The notes beneath the pieces were generated by a model that searched no databases, was not told where the DNA came from, and saw only the letters and a program-made list of their open reading frames with translations. A stretch of 64,000 nucleotides of DNA from Eledone cirrhosa (lineage: Eukaryota), in assembly GCA_964016885.1 (NCBI GenBank), contig OZ024744.1, forward strand, positions 131,192,001 through 131,256,000, in the 5' to 3' direction. A program made the translations under genes and the position numbers. Of this stretch, positions 33,377 to 46,706 are shown piece by piece; within the stretch, counting starts at the first letter, position 1; every line of letters starts with the position of its first letter.

Positions 33377-36300
33377 GTCGGGGTTAAGTTAAGTTGGGGG
33401 TAAGTTAAGTTGGGATTAAGTTAAGTTGCGGTTAAGTTGGGGTTAAGTTAAGTTGGGGTTAAGTTAAGTCGGGGTAAGTTAAGTCGGGGTTAAGTTAAGT
33501 TAGGGTTAAGTTAAGTTGGGGTTAAGTTAAAGTTGGGGTTGAGTTAAGTTGCGGTTGAGTTAAATTGGGGTTGAGTTAAGTTGGGGTTGAGTGAAGTTGG
33601 TGTTGAGTTAAGTTGGGGTTAAGTTAAGTTGGGGTTAAGTTATGTTGCGGTTAAGTTAAGTTGAGGTTAAGTTAAGTTGGGGTTAACTTAAGTGTGGGTT
33701 AAGTTAAGTTGGGGTTAAGTTAAGTTGGGGTTGAGTTAAGTTGGGGTTGAGTTAAATTGGGGTTGAGTTAAGTTGGGGTTGAGTTAAGTTGGGGTTAAGT
33801 TAAGTTGGGGTTAAGTTAAGTTGCGGTTAAGTTAAGTTGAGGTTAAGTTAAGTTGGGGTTAACTTAAGTGTGGGTTAAGTTAAGTTGGGGTTAAGTTAAG
33901 TTGGGGTTAAGTTAAGTTGGTGTTAAGTTAAGTTGGGGCTGAGTTAAGTTGGGGCTGAGTTAAGTTGGGGCTGAGTTAAGTTGGGGTTAAGTTAAGTTGG
34001 GGTTAAGTTAAGTTGGGGTTATGTTAAGTTGGGGTTAAGGTAGGTTGGGGTTAAGTTAAGTTGGGGTTGAGTTAAGTTGGGGTTGAGTTAAATTGGGGTT
34101 GAGTTAAGTTGGGGTTGAGTTAAGTTGGGGCTGAGTTAAGTTGGGGCTGAGTTAAGTTGGGGCTGAGTTAAGTTGGGGTTCAGTTAAGTTGGGGTTGAGT
34201 TAAGTTGCGCTTAAGTTAAGTTGGGGTTAAGTTAAGTCGGGGTTATGTTAAGTTGGGGTTTAGTTAAGTTGGGGTTCACTTAAGTTGGGGTTAAGTTAAG
34301 TTTAGGTTAAGTTGGGGTTAAATTAATTTGGGGTTAAGTTAAGTTGGGGTTAAGTTAAGTTGGGGTTAATTTAAGTTGGGGTTAATTTAAGTTGGGGTTA
34401 AGTTAAGTTGCGGGTAATTTAAGTTGGGGTTAAGTTAAGTTGGTGTTAAGTTAAGTTGGGGTTAAGTTAAGTTGGGGTTAAGTTAAGTTTGGGTTAAGTT
34501 AAGTTGGGGCTAATTTAAGTTGGGGCTGAGTTAAGTTGGGGTTAAGTTAAGTTGGGGTTAAGTTAATTTGGGGTTAAGTTGGGGTTAAGTTAAGTTGGGG
34601 TTTATTTAAGTTGGGGTTAAGTTAAGTTGGGGTTCAGTTAAGTTGGGGTTCAGTTAAGTTGGGGTTAAGTTAAGTTGGGGTTAAGTTAAGTTGGTTAGTT
34701 AAGTTGAGGTTAAGTTAAGTTGGGGTTAAGTTAAGTTGGGGTTAAGTTAAGTTGGGGTTAATTTAAGTTAGGGTTAAGTTAAGTTGGGGTTAAGTTAAGT
34801 TGGGGTTATGTTAAGTTGGGGTTAAGTTAGGTTGGGGTTAAGTTAAGTTGTGGCTAAGTTAAGTTGGGGCTGAGTTAAGTTGGGGTTAAGTTAAGTTGGG
34901 GTTAAGTTAAGTTGGGGATAAGTTAAGTTGGGGTTAAGTTAAGTTGTGGTTTATTTAAGTTGGGGTTAATTTAAGTTGGGGTTCAGTTAAGTTGGGGTTC
35001 AGTTAAGTTGGGGTTAAGTTAAGTTGGGGTTTATTTAAGTTGGGGTTAATTTAAGTCGGGGTTAAGTTAAGTCGGGGTTAAGTTAAGTTAGGGTTAAGTT
35101 AAGTTGGGGTTAAGTTAAGTTGGGGTTGTGTTAAGTTGGGGTTGAGTTAAATTGGGGTTGAGTTAAGTTGGGGTTGAGTTAAGTTGGTGTTGAGTTAAGT
35201 TGGGGTTAATTTAAGTTGCAGTTAAGTTAAGTTGAGGTTAAGTTAAGGTGGGGTTAAGTTAAGTTGGGGTTAATTTAAGTTGGGGCTAAGCTAAGTTGGG
35301 GCTAAGTTCAGTTGGGGCTAAGTTAAGTTGGGGTTAAGTTAAGTTGGGGTATATTAAGTTGGGGTTAAGTTAAGTTGGGGTTAAGTTAAGTTGGGGTTAA
35401 GTTAAGTTGGTGTTAAGTTAAGTTGGGGCTGAGTTAAGTTGGGGCTGAGTTAAGTTGGGGCTGAGTTAAGTTGGGGTTAAGATAAGTTGGGGTTGAGTTA
35501 AGTTGGGGTTAAGTTAAGTTGGGGTTAAGTTAAGTTGGGGTTAAGTTGGGGTTAAGTTAAGTTAGGTTTAAGTTAAGTTGGGTTTAAGTTAAGTTGGGGT
35601 TAAGTTAAGTTGGGGTTAAGTTAAGTTGGGTTTAAGTTAAGTTGGGGTTAAGTTAAGTTGGGGTTAAGTTAAGTCGGGGTTAAGTTAAGTTGGGGTTAAG
35701 TTAAGTTGGGGTTAAGTTAAGTTGGGGTTAAGTTAAGTTGGGGTTAAGTTAAGTTGGTGTTAAGTTAAGTTGAGGTTAAGTTAAGTTGGGGTTAAATTAA
35801 GTTGGGGTTAAGTTAAGTTGGGGTTAAGTTAAGTTGGGGTTAAGTTAAGTTGGGGATATGTTAAGTTGGGGATGAGTTAAGTTGGGGTTAAGTTAAGTTG
35901 GGTTTAAGTTAAGTTGGGGTTAAGTTAAGTTGGGGTTAAGTTAAGTTGGGGTTAAGTTAAGTTGGTTAGTTAAGTTGAGTTTAAGTTAAGTTGGGGTTAA
36001 TTTAAGTCGGGGTTAAGTTAAGTTAGGGTTAAGTTGGGGTTGAGTTAAGTTGGGGTTGAGTTAAATTGGGGTTGAGTTAAGTTGGGGTTGAGTTAAGTTG
36101 GTGTTGAGTTAAGTTGGGGTTAAGTTAAGTTGGGGTTAAGTTAAGTTGTGGTTAAGTTAAGTTGAGGTTAAGCTAAGTTGGGGTTAAGTTAAGTTGGGGT
36201 TAATTTAAGTTGGGGCTAAGTTAAGTTGGGGCTAAGTTAAGTTGGGGTTAAGTTAAGTTGGGGTCAACTTAAGTTGGGGTTAAGTTAAGTTGGCGTTAAG

Positions 36301-37079
36301 TTAAGTTGGGGTTAAGTTAAGTTGGGGTTAAGTTAAGTTGGTGTTAAGTTAAGTTGGGGCTGAGTTAAGTTGGGGCTGAGTTAAGTTGGGGCTGAGTTAA
36401 GTTGGGGTTAAGTTAAGTTGGGGTTATTTTAAGTTGGGGTTTAGTTAAGTTGGGGTTCATTTAAGTTGGGGTTAAGTTAAGTTTGAGTTAAGTTGGGGTT
36501 AAATTAATTTGGGGTTAAATGAAGTTGGGGTTAAGTTAAGTTGGGGTTAAGTTAAGTTGGGGTTAATTTAAGTTGGGGTTAAGTTAAGTTGCGGGTAATT
36601 TAAGTTGGGGTTAAGTTAAGTTGGGGTTAAGTTAAGTTGGGGTTAATTTAAGTTTGGGTTAAGTTAAGTTGGGGTTAAGTTAATTTGGGGTTAAGTTAAG
36701 TTGGGGTTAAGTTAAGTTGGGGTTTATTTAAGTTGGGGTTAAGTTAAGTTGGGGTTCAGTTAAGTTGGGGTTCAGTTAAGTTGGGGTTAAGTTAAGTTGG
36801 GGTTAAGATGGGGTTAAATTAAGTTGGGGTTAAGTTAAGTTGGTTAGTTAAGTTGAGGTTAAGTTAAGTTGGGGTTAATTTAAGTTGGGGTTAAGTTAAG
36901 TTGGGCTTAACTTAAGTTGGGGTTAATTTAAGTTGGGGTTAAGTTAAGTTGGGGTTCAGTTAAGTTGGGGTTAAGTCAAGTTGGGGTTAAGTTGGGGTTA
37001 AATTAAGTTGGGGTTAAGTTAAGTTGGGGTCAAGTTAAGTTAGGGTTAAGTTAAGTTGGGGTTAAGTTAAGTTGGGGTT

Positions 37080-37280
37080 AACCCCAACTTAACTTAACCC
37101 CAACTTCACTCAAACCCAACTTAACTCAACCCCAACTTAACTTAACCCCAGCTTCACTCAACCCCAACTTAACTTAACCCCAACTTCACTCAACCCCAAC
37201 TTAACTCAACCCCAACTTAACTTAACCCCAACTTGACTTAACCCCAACTTAACTTAACCCCAACTTAACTTAACCCAAAA
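37080..37280 (-). repeat. Inverted satellite island, class E (about 201 bp)
   Basis: Class E markers; ends in CCCAAAAGTCGGGG. Confidence 0.95.
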
Positions 37281-38615
37281 GTCGGGGTTAAGTTAAGTTG
37301 GGGGTAAGTTAAGTTGGGATTAAGTTAAGTTGCGGTTAAGTTGGGGTTAAGTTAAGTTGGGGTTAAGTTAAGTCGGGGTAATTTAAGTCGGGGTTAAGTT
37401 AAGTTAGGGTTAAGTTAAGTTGGGGTTAAGTTAAAGTTGGGGTTGAGTTAAGTTGCGGTTGAGTTAAATTGGGGTTGAGTTAAGTTGGGGTTGAGTGAAG
37501 TTGGTGTTGAGTTAAGTTGGGGTTAAGTTAAGTTGGGGTTAAGTTATGTTGCGGTTAAGTTAAGTTGAGGTTAAGTTAAGTTGGGGTTAACTTAAGTGTG
37601 GGTTAAGTTCAGTTGGGGTTAAGTTAAGTTGGGGTTGAGTTAAGTTGGGGTTGAGTTAAATTGGGGTTGAGTTAAGTTGGGGTTGAGTTAAGTTGGTGTT
37701 GAGTTAAGTTGGGGTTAAGTTAAGTTGGGGTTAAGTTAAGTTGCGGTTAAGTTAAGTTGAGGTTAAGTTAAGTTGGGGTTAACTTAAGTGTGGGTTAAGT
37801 TAAGTTGGGGTTAAGTTAAGTTGGGGTTAAGTTAAGTTGGTGTTAAGTTAAGTTGGGGCTGAGTTAAGTTGGGGCTGAGTTAAGTTGGGGCTGAGTTAAG
37901 TTGGGGTTCAGTTAAGTTGGGGTTGAGTTAAGTTGCGGTTAAGTTAAGTTGGGGTTAAGTTAAGTTGGGGTTATGTTAAGTTGGGGTTAAGGTAGGTTGG
38001 GGTTAAGTTAAGTTGGGGTTGAGTTAAGTTGGGGTTGAGTTAAATTGGGGTTGAGTTAAGTTGGGGTTGAGTTAAGTTGGTGTTGAGTTAAGTTGGGGTT
38101 AAGTTAAGTTGGGGTTAAGTTAAGTTGCGGGTAATTTAAGTTGGGGTTAAGTTAAGTTGGGGTTAAGTTAAGTTGGGGTTAATTTAAGTTTGGGTTAAGT
38201 TAAGTTGGGGTTAAGTTAATTTGGGGTTAAGTTAAGTTGGGGTTAAGTTAAGTTGGGGTTTATTTAAGTTGGGGTTAAGTTAAGTTGGGGTTCAGTTAAG
38301 TTGGGGTTCAGTTAAGTTGGGGTTAAGTTAAGTTGGGGTTAAGATGGGGTTAAATTAAGTTGGGGTTAAGTTAAGTTGGTTAGTTAAGTTGAGGTTAAGT
38401 TAAGTTGGGGTTAATTTAAGTTGGGGTTAAGTTAAGTTGGGCTTAACTTAAGTTGGGGTTAATTTAAGTTGGGGTTAAGTTAAGTTGGGGTTCAGTTAAG
38501 TTGGGGTTAAGTCAAGTTGGGGTTAAGTTGGGGTTAAATTAAGTTGGGGTTAAGTTAAGTTGGGGTCAAGTTAAGTTAGGGCTAAGTTAAGTTGGGGTTA
38601 AGTTAAGTTGGGGTT

Positions 38616-38816
38616 AACCCCAACTTAACTTAACCCCAACTTCACTCAAACCCAACTTAACTCAACCCCAACTTAACTTAACCCCAGCTTCACTCAACCC
38701 CAACTTAACTTAACCCCAACTTCACTCAACCCCAACTTAACTCAACCCCAACTTAACTTAACCCCAACTTGACTTAACCCCAACTTAACTTAACCCCAAC
38801 TTAACTTAACCCCAAA
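38616..38816 (-). repeat. Inverted satellite island, class E (about 201 bp)
   Basis: Class E markers; ends in CCCCAAAGTCGGGG. Confidence 0.95.
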
Positions 38817-40165
38817 GTCGGGGTTAAGTTAATTTGGGGGTAAGTTAAGTTGGGATTAAGTTAAGTTGCGGTTAAGTTGGGGTTAAGTTAAGTTGGGGTT
38901 AAGTTAAGTCGGGGTAATTTAAGTCGGGGTTAAGTTAAGTTAGGGTTAAGTTAAGTTGGGGTTAAGTTAAAGTTGGGGTTGAGTTAAGTTGCGGTTGAGT
39001 TAAATTGGGGTTGAGTTAAGTTGGGGTTGAGTGAAGTTGGTGTTGAGTTAAGTTGGGGTTAAGTTAAGTTGGGGTTAAGTTATGTTGCGGTTAAGTTAAG
39101 TTGAGGTTAAGTTAAGTTGGGGTTAACTTAAGTGTGGGTTAAGTTCAGTTGGGGTTAAGTTAAGTTGGGGTTGAGTTAAGTTGGGGTTGAGTTAAATTGG
39201 GGTTGAGTTAAGTTGGGGTTGAGTTAAGTTGGTGTTGAGTTAAGTTGGGGTTAAGTTAAGTTGGGGTTAAGTTAAGTTGCGGTTAAGTTAAGTTGAGGTT
39301 AAGTTACGTTGGGGTTAACTTAAGTGTGGGTTAAGTTAAGTTGGGGTTAAGTTAAGTTGGGGTTAAGTTAAGTTGGTGTTAAGTTAAGTTGGGGCTGAGT
39401 TAAGTTGGGGCTGAGTTAAGTTGGGGCTGAGTTAAGTTGGGGTTCAGTTAAGTTGGGGTTGAGTTAAGTTGCGGTTAAGTTAAGTTGGGGTTAAGTTAAG
39501 TTGGGGTTATGTTAAGTTGGGGTTTAGTTAAGTTGGGGTTCATTTAAGTTGGGGTTAAGTTAAGTTTAGGTTAAGTTGGGGTTAAATTAATTTGGGGTTA
39601 AGTTAAGTTGGGGTTAAGTTAAGTTGGGGTTAATTTAAGTTGGGGTTAATTTAAGTTGGGGTTAAGTTAAGTTGCGGGTAATTTAAGTTGGGGTTAAGTT
39701 AAGTTGGGGTTAAGTTAAGTTGGGGTTAAGTTAAGTTAAGTTGGGGCTAATTTAAGTTGGGGCTGAGTTAAGTTGGGGTTAAGTTAAGTTGGGGTTAAGT
39801 TAATTTGGGGTTAAGTTGGGGTTAAGTTAAGTTGGGGTTTATTTAAGTTGGGGTTAAGTTAAGTTGGGGTTCAGTTAAGTTGGGGTTCAGTTAAGTTGGG
39901 GTTAAGTTAAGTTGGGGTTAAGATGGGGTTAAATTAAGTTGGGGTTAAGTTAAGTTGGGCTTAAGTTAAGTTGGGGTTAATTTAAGTTGGGGTTAAGTTA
40001 AGTTGGGGTTCAGTTAAGTTGGGGTTAAGTCAAGTTGGGGTTAAGTTGGGGTTAAATTAAGTTGGGGTTAAGTTAAGTTGGGGTCAAGTTAAGTTAGGGT
40101 TAAGTTAAGTTGGGGTTAAGTTAAGTTGGGGTTAAGTTAATTTGTGGTTAAGTTAAGTTGGGGTT

Positions 40166-40366
40166 AACCCCAACTTAACTTAACCCCAACTTCACTCAAA
40201 CCCAACTTAACTCAACCCCAACTTAACTTAACCCCAGCTTCACTCAACCCCAACTTAACTTAACCCCAACTTCACTCAACCCCAACTTAACTCCACCGCA
40301 ACTTAACTTAACTCCAACTTGACTTAGCCCCAACTTAACTTAACCCCAACTTAACTTAACCCAAAA
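40166..40366 (-). repeat. Inverted satellite island, class E (about 201 bp)
   Basis: Class E markers plus CTCCACCGCAAC, shared with the 58555 island. Confidence 0.95.
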
Positions 40367-43083
40367 GTCGGGGTTAAGTTAAGTTGGGGGTAAGTTAAGT
40401 TGGGATTAAGTTAAGTTGCGGTTAAGTTGGGGTTAAGTTAAGTTGGGGTTAAGTTAAGTCGGGGTAAGTTAAGTCGGGGTTAAGTTAAGTTAGGGTTAAG
40501 TTAAGTTGGGGTTAAGTTAAAGTTGGGGTTGAGTTAAGTTGCGGTTGAGTTAAATTGGGGTTGAGTTAAGTTGGGGTTGAGTGAAGTTGGTGTTGAGTTA
40601 AGTTGGGGTTAAGTTAAGTTGGGGTTAAGTTATGTTGCGGTTAAGTTAAGTTGAGTTTAAGTTAAGTTGGGGTTAACTTAAGTGTGGGTTAAGTTCAGTT
40701 GGGGTTAAGTTAAGTTGGGGTTGAGTTAAGTTGGGGTTGAGTTAAATTGGGGTTGAGTTAAGTTGGGGTTGAGTTAAGTTGGTGTTGAATTAAGTTGGGG
40801 TTAGGTTAAGTTGGGGTTAAGTTAAGTTGCGGTTAAGTTAAGTTGAGGTTAAGTTAAGTTGGGGTTAACTTAAGTGTGGGTTAAGTTAAGTTGGGGTTAA
40901 GTTAAGTTGGGGTTAAGTTAAGTTGGTGTTAAGTTAAGTTGGGGCTGAGTTAAGTTGGGGCTGAGTTAAGTTGGGGCTGAGTTAAGTTGGGGTTCAGTTA
41001 AGTTGGGGTTGAGTTAAGTTGCGGTTAAGTTAAGTTGGGGTTAAGTTAAGTTGGGGTTATGTTAAGTTGGGGTTAAGGTAGGTTGGGGTTAAGTTAAGTT
41101 GGGGTTGAGTTAAGTTGGGGTTGAGTTAAATTGGGGTTGAGTTAAGTTGGGGTTGAGTTAAGTTGGTGTTGAGTTAAGTTGGGGTTAAGTTAAGTTGGGG
41201 TTAAGTTAAGTTGCGATTAAGTTAAGTTGAGGTTAAGTTAAGTTGGGGTTAACTTAAGTGTGGGTTAAGTTAAGTTAAGGTTAAGTTAAGTTGGGGTTAA
41301 GTTAAGTTGGGGTTAAGTTAAGTTGGGGTTAAGTTAAGTTGGTGTTAAGTTAAGTTGGGGCTGAGTTAAGTTGGGGCTGAGTTAAGTTGGGGCTGAGTTA
41401 AGTTGGGGTTCAGTTAAGTTGGGGTTGAGTTAAGTTGCGGTTAAGTTAAGTTGGGGTTAAGTTAAGTTGGGGTTATGTTAAGTTGGGGTTTAGTTAAGTT
41501 GGGGTTCATTTAAGTTGGGGTTAAGTTAAGTTTAGGTTAAGTTGGGGTTAAATTAATTTGGGGTTAAGTTAAGTTGGGGTTAAGTTAAGTTGGGGTTAAT
41601 TTAAGTTGGGGTTAATTTAAGTTGGGGTTAAGTTAAGTTGCGGGTATTTTAAGTTGGGGTTAAGTTAAGTTGGGGTTAAGTTAAGTTGGGGTTAAGTTAA
41701 GTTGGGGTTAAGTTAAGTTTGGGTTAAGTTAAGTTGGGGCTAATTTAAGTTGGGGCTGAGTTAAGTTGGGGTTAAGTTAAGTTGGGGTTAAGTTAATTTG
41801 GGGTTAAGTTGGGGTTAAGTTAAGTTGCGGTTTATTTAAGTTGGGGTTAAGTTAAGTTGGGGTTCAGTTAAGTTGGGGTTCAGTTAAGTTGGGGTTAAGT
41901 TAAGTTGGGGTTAAGTTAAGTTGGTTAGTTAAGTTGAGGTTAAGTTAAGTTGGGGTTAAGTTAAGTTGGGGTTAAGTTAAGTTGGGGTTAATTTAAGTTG
42001 GGGCTAAGTTAAGTTGGGGCTAAGTTAAGTTGGAGCTAAGTTAAGTTGGGTTTAAGTTAAGGTGGGGTTAAGTTAAGTTGAGGTTAAGTTAAGTTGGGGT
42101 TAAGTTAAGTTGGTGTTAAGTTAAGTTGGGGCTGAGTTAAGTTGGGGCTGAGTTAAGTTGGGGCTGAGTTAAGTTGGGGTTGAGTTAAGTTGGGGTTGAG
42201 TTACGTTGCGGTTAAGTTAAGTTGGGGTTAAGTTAAGTTGGGGTTATGTTAAGTTGGGGTTAAGTTAAGTTGGGGTTGAGTTAAGTTGGGGTTGAGTTAA
42301 ATTGGGGTTGAGTTAAGTTGGGGTTGAGTTAAGTTGGTGTTGAGTTAAGTTGGGATTAAGTTAAGTTGGGGTTAAGTTAAGTTGCGGTTAAGTTAAGGTG
42401 AGGTTAAGTTAAGTTGGGGTTAACTTAAGTTGGGGTTAAGTTAAGTTGGGGTTAAGTTAAGTTGGGGTTAAGTTAAGTTGGTGTTAAGTTAAGTTGGGGC
42501 TGAGTTAAGTTGGGGCTGAGTTAAGTTGGGGCTGAGTTAAGTTGGGGTTCAGTTAAGTTGGGGTTGAGTTAAGTTGCGGTTAATTTAAGTTGGGGTTAAG
42601 TTAAGTTGGGGCTCATTTAAGTTGGGGTTAAGTTAAGTTGGGGTTAAGTTGGGGTTAAATTAATTTGGGGTTAAGTTAAGTTGGGGTTAAGTTAAGTTGG
42701 GGTTAAGTTAAGTTGGGGTTAATTTAAGTTGGGGTTAATTTAAGTTGCGGGTAATTTAAGTTGGGGTTAAGTTAAGTTGGGGTTAAGTTAAGTTGGGGTT
42801 AAGTTAAGTTGGGGTTAAGTTAAGTTGGGTTTAAGTTAAGTTGGGGCTGAGTTAAGTTGGGGTTAATTTAAGTTGGGGTTAAGTTAAGTTGGGGTTAAGT
42901 TAAGTTGGGGTTTATTTAAGTTGGGGTTAAGTTAAGTTGGGGTTCAGTTAAGTTGGGGTTCAGTTAAGTTGGGGTTAAGTTAAGTTGGGGTTAAGATGGG
43001 GTTAAATTAAGTTGGGGTTAAGTTAAGTTGGGGTTAAGTTAAGTTGGGGTTAAGTTAAGTTGGGGTTAAGTTAAGTTGGGGTT

Positions 43084-43227
43084 AACCCCAACTTAACTTA
43101 ACCGCAACTTCACTCAACCCCAACGTAACTCAGCCCCAACTTAACTTAACCCCAACTTCACTCAACCCCAACTTCCAACTTGACTTAACCCCAACTTAAC
43201 TTAGCCCCAACTTAACTTAAGCCCAAA
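43084..43227 (-). repeat. Inverted satellite island, class F (about 144 bp)
   Basis: Class F markers; two units shorter than the 19679 island. Confidence 0.95.
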
Positions 43228-46200
43228 GTCGGGGTTAAGTTAAGTTGGCGTTAAGTTAAGTTAGGCTTAACTTAAGTTGGGGTTCAGTTAAGTTGGGGGT
43301 AAGTTAAGTTGGGGGTAAGTTAAGTTGGGGTTAAGTTAAGTTGCGGTTAAGTTGGGGTTAAGTTAAGTTAGGGTTAAGTTAAGTTGGGGTTGAGTTAAGT
43401 TGGGGTTAATTAAGTGGTGGTTATGTTAAGTTGGGGTTAAGTTAAGTTGGGGTTAATTTAAATTGGGGTTAAGTTAACTTTGTGGTTAAGTTAAGTTGGG
43501 GTTAAGTTAAGTTGGGGTAAAGTTGGGGTTGAGTTAAGTTGGGGTTGAGTGAAGTTGGGGTTAAGTTAAGTTGGGGTTAAGTTAAGTTGGGGTTAAGATA
43601 AGTCGGGGTTAAATTAAGTTGTGGTTGAGTTAAGTTGGGGTTAATTTAAGTTGGGGCTAAGTTAATTTGTGGTTAAGTTAAGTTGGGGTTAAGTTAAGTT
43701 GGGGTTAAGTTAAGTCGGGGTAAGTTAAGTCGGGGTTAAGTTAAGTTAGGGTTAAGTTAAGTTGCGGTTAAGTTAAGTTGAGGTTAAGTTAAGTTGGGGT
43801 TAACTTAAGTGTGGGTTAAGTTAAGTTGGGGTTAAGTTAAGTTGGGGTTAAGTTAAGTTGGTGTTAAGTTAAATTGGGGTTGAGTTAAGTTGGGGCTGAG
43901 TTAAGTTGGGGCTGAGTTAAGTTGTGGTTCAGTTAAGTTGGGGTTGAGTTAAGTTGCGGTTAAGTTAAGTTGGGGTTAAGTTAAGTTGGGGTTATGTTAA
44001 GTTGGGGTTAAGGTAGGTTGGGGTTAAGTTAAGTTGGGGTTGAGTTAAGTTGGGGTTGAGTTAAATTGGGGTTGAGTTAAGTTGGGGTTGAGTTAAGTTG
44101 GTGTTGAGTTAAGTTGGGGTTAAGTTAAGTTGGGGTTAAGTTAAGTTGCGGTTAAGTTAAGTTGGGGTTAAGTTAAGTTGGGGTTAAGTTAAGTTGGGGT
44201 TAAGTTAAGTTGGGGTTAAGTTAAGTTGGTGTTAAGTTAAGTTGGGGCTGAGTTAAGTTGGGGCTGAGTTAAGTTGGGGCTGAGTTAAGTTGGGGTTCAG
44301 TTAAGTTGGGGTTAAGTTAAGTTGGGGTTATGTTAAGTTGGGGTTTAGTTAAGTTGGGGTTCATTTAAGTTGGGGTTAAGTTAAGTTTAGGTTAAGTTGG
44401 GGTTAAATTAATTTGGGGTTAAGTTAAGTTGGGGTTAAGTTAAGTTGGGGTTAATTTAAGTTGGGGTTAATTTAAGTTGGGGTTAAGTTAAGTTGCGGGT
44501 AATTTAAGTTGGGGTTAAGTTAAGTTGGGGTTAAGTTAAGTTGGGGTTAAGTTAAGTTGGGGTTAAGTTAAGTTTGGGTTAAGTTAAGTTGGGGCTAATT
44601 TAAGTTGGGGCTGAGTTAAGTTGGGGTTAAGTTAAGTTGGGGTTAAGTTAATTTGGGGTTAAGTTGGGGTTAAGTTAAGTTGGGGTTTATTTAAGTTGGG
44701 GTTAAGTTAAGTTGGGGTTCAGTTAAGTTGGGGTTCAGTTAAGTTGGGGTTAAGTTAAGTTGGGGTTAAGTTAAGTTGGTTAGTTAAGTTGAGGTTAAGT
44801 TAAGTTGGGGTTAAGTTAAGTTGGGGTTAAGTTAAGTTGGGGTTAATTTAAGTTAGGGTTAAGTTAAGTTGGGGTTCAGTTAAGTTGGGGTTAAGTCAAG
44901 TTGGGGTTAAGTTGGGGTTAAATTAAGTTGGGGCTAAGTTAAGTTGGGGCTAAGTTAAGTTGGGGCTAAGTTAAGTTGGGGGTCAGTTAAGTTGGGGTTA
45001 AGTTAAGTTTGGGTTAAGTTGGGGTTAAATTAAGTTGGGGTTAAGTTAAGTTGGGGTTTAGTTAAGTTGGGGTTAATTTAAGTTGGGGTTAATTTAAGTT
45101 GCGGTTAAGTTAAGTTGGGGTTAAGTTAAGTGGTGGTTATGTTAAGTTGGGGTTAAGTTAAGTTGGGGTTAATTTAAATTGGGGTTAAGTTAACTTTGTG
45201 GTTAAGTTAAGTTGGGGTTAAGTTAAGTTGGGGTTAAGTTAAGTTGGGGTTGCGTTAAGTCGGGGTTGAGTGAAGTTGGGGTTAAGTTAAGTTGGGGTTA
45301 ATTTAAGTTGGGGTTAAGTTAAGTCGGGCTTAAGTTAAGTTGGGGTTAAGTTAATTTGGGGTTAAGTTAAGTTGGGGTTAAGTTAAGTTGGGGTTGAGTT
45401 AAGTTGGGGTTGAGTTAATTTAGGGTTAAGTTAAGTTGGGGTTAAGTTAAGTTGGGTTTAAGTTAAGTTGGGGTTAAATTAAGTTGGGGTTAAATTAAGT
45501 TGGGGTTAAGTTAAGTTGGGGGTAAGTTAAGTTGGGGGCAAGTTAAGTTGGGGTTAAGTTAAGTTGGGGTTAAATTAAGTTGGGGTTAAGTTTAGTTGGT
45601 GTTAAGTTAAGTTGGGGTTTATTTAAGTTGGGGTTAATTAAGTTGGGGCTGAGTTAAGTTGGGGCTGAATTAAGTTGGGGTTAAGTTAAGTTGGGGTTGA
45701 GTTAAGTTGGGGTTAAGTTAAGTTGGGGTTAAGTTAAGTTGGGGTTCAGTTAAGTTGGGGTTAAGTTGGGGTTAAATTAATTTGGGGTTAAGTTAAGTTG
45801 GGGTTTAGTTTAGTTGGGGTTAAATTAAGTTGGGGTTAATTTAAGTTGGGGTTAAGTTAAGTTGCGGGTAATTTAAGTTGGGGTTAAGTTAAGTTGGGGT
45901 TAAGTTAAGTTGGGGTTAAGTTAAGTTGGGGTTAAGTTAAGTTGGGGGTAAGTTAAGTTGGGGGTAAGTTAAGTTGGGGTTAAGTTAAGTTGGGGTTAAG
46001 TTAAGTTAGGGTTAAGTTAAGTTGGGGTTGAGTTAAGTTGGGGTTAAGTTAAGTTGGGGTTATGTTAAGTTGGGGTTAAGTTAAGTTGGTTCGTTAAGTT
46101 GAGTTTAAGTTAAGTGGGGTTAATTTAAGTTGGGGTTAAGTTAAGTTGGGGTTAAGTTAAGTTGGGGTTAAGTTAAGTTGGGGTTAAGTTAAGTTGGGGT

Positions 46201-46313
46201 TCAGTTAAGTTGGGGTTAAGTCAAGTTGGGGTTAAGTTAAGTTGGGGTTATGTTAAGTTGGGGTTAAGTTAAGTTGGGGTTAAGTTAATTTGTGGTTAAG
46301 TTAAGTTGTGGTT

Positions 46314-46706
46314 AACCCCAACTTCACTCAACCCCACCTTAACTCAACCCCAACTTAACTTAAGCCCAACTTCACTCAACCCCAACTTAACTTAACCCCA
46401 ACTTCACTCAACCCCAACTTAACTCAACCCCAACTTAACTTAACCCCAACTTAACTTAACCCTAACTTAACTTAACCCCAACTTAACTTAACTTCGACTT
46501 AACTTAACCCCAACTTAACTTAACCCCAACTTAACTTAACCCCAACTTAACTTAACCACAAATTAACTTAACCCCAACTTAAATTAACCCCAACTTAAAT
46601 TAACCCCAACTTAACTTAACCCCAACTTAACTTAACCCCAACTTAAATTAACCCCAACTTGACTTAACCCCAAATTAACTTAACCCCAACTTAACTTAAC
46701 CCCAAA
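46314..46706 (-). repeat. Inverted satellite island, class C (about 393 bp)
   Basis: ACTTCGACTT marker; same junctions as the 5025 island. Confidence 0.95.
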
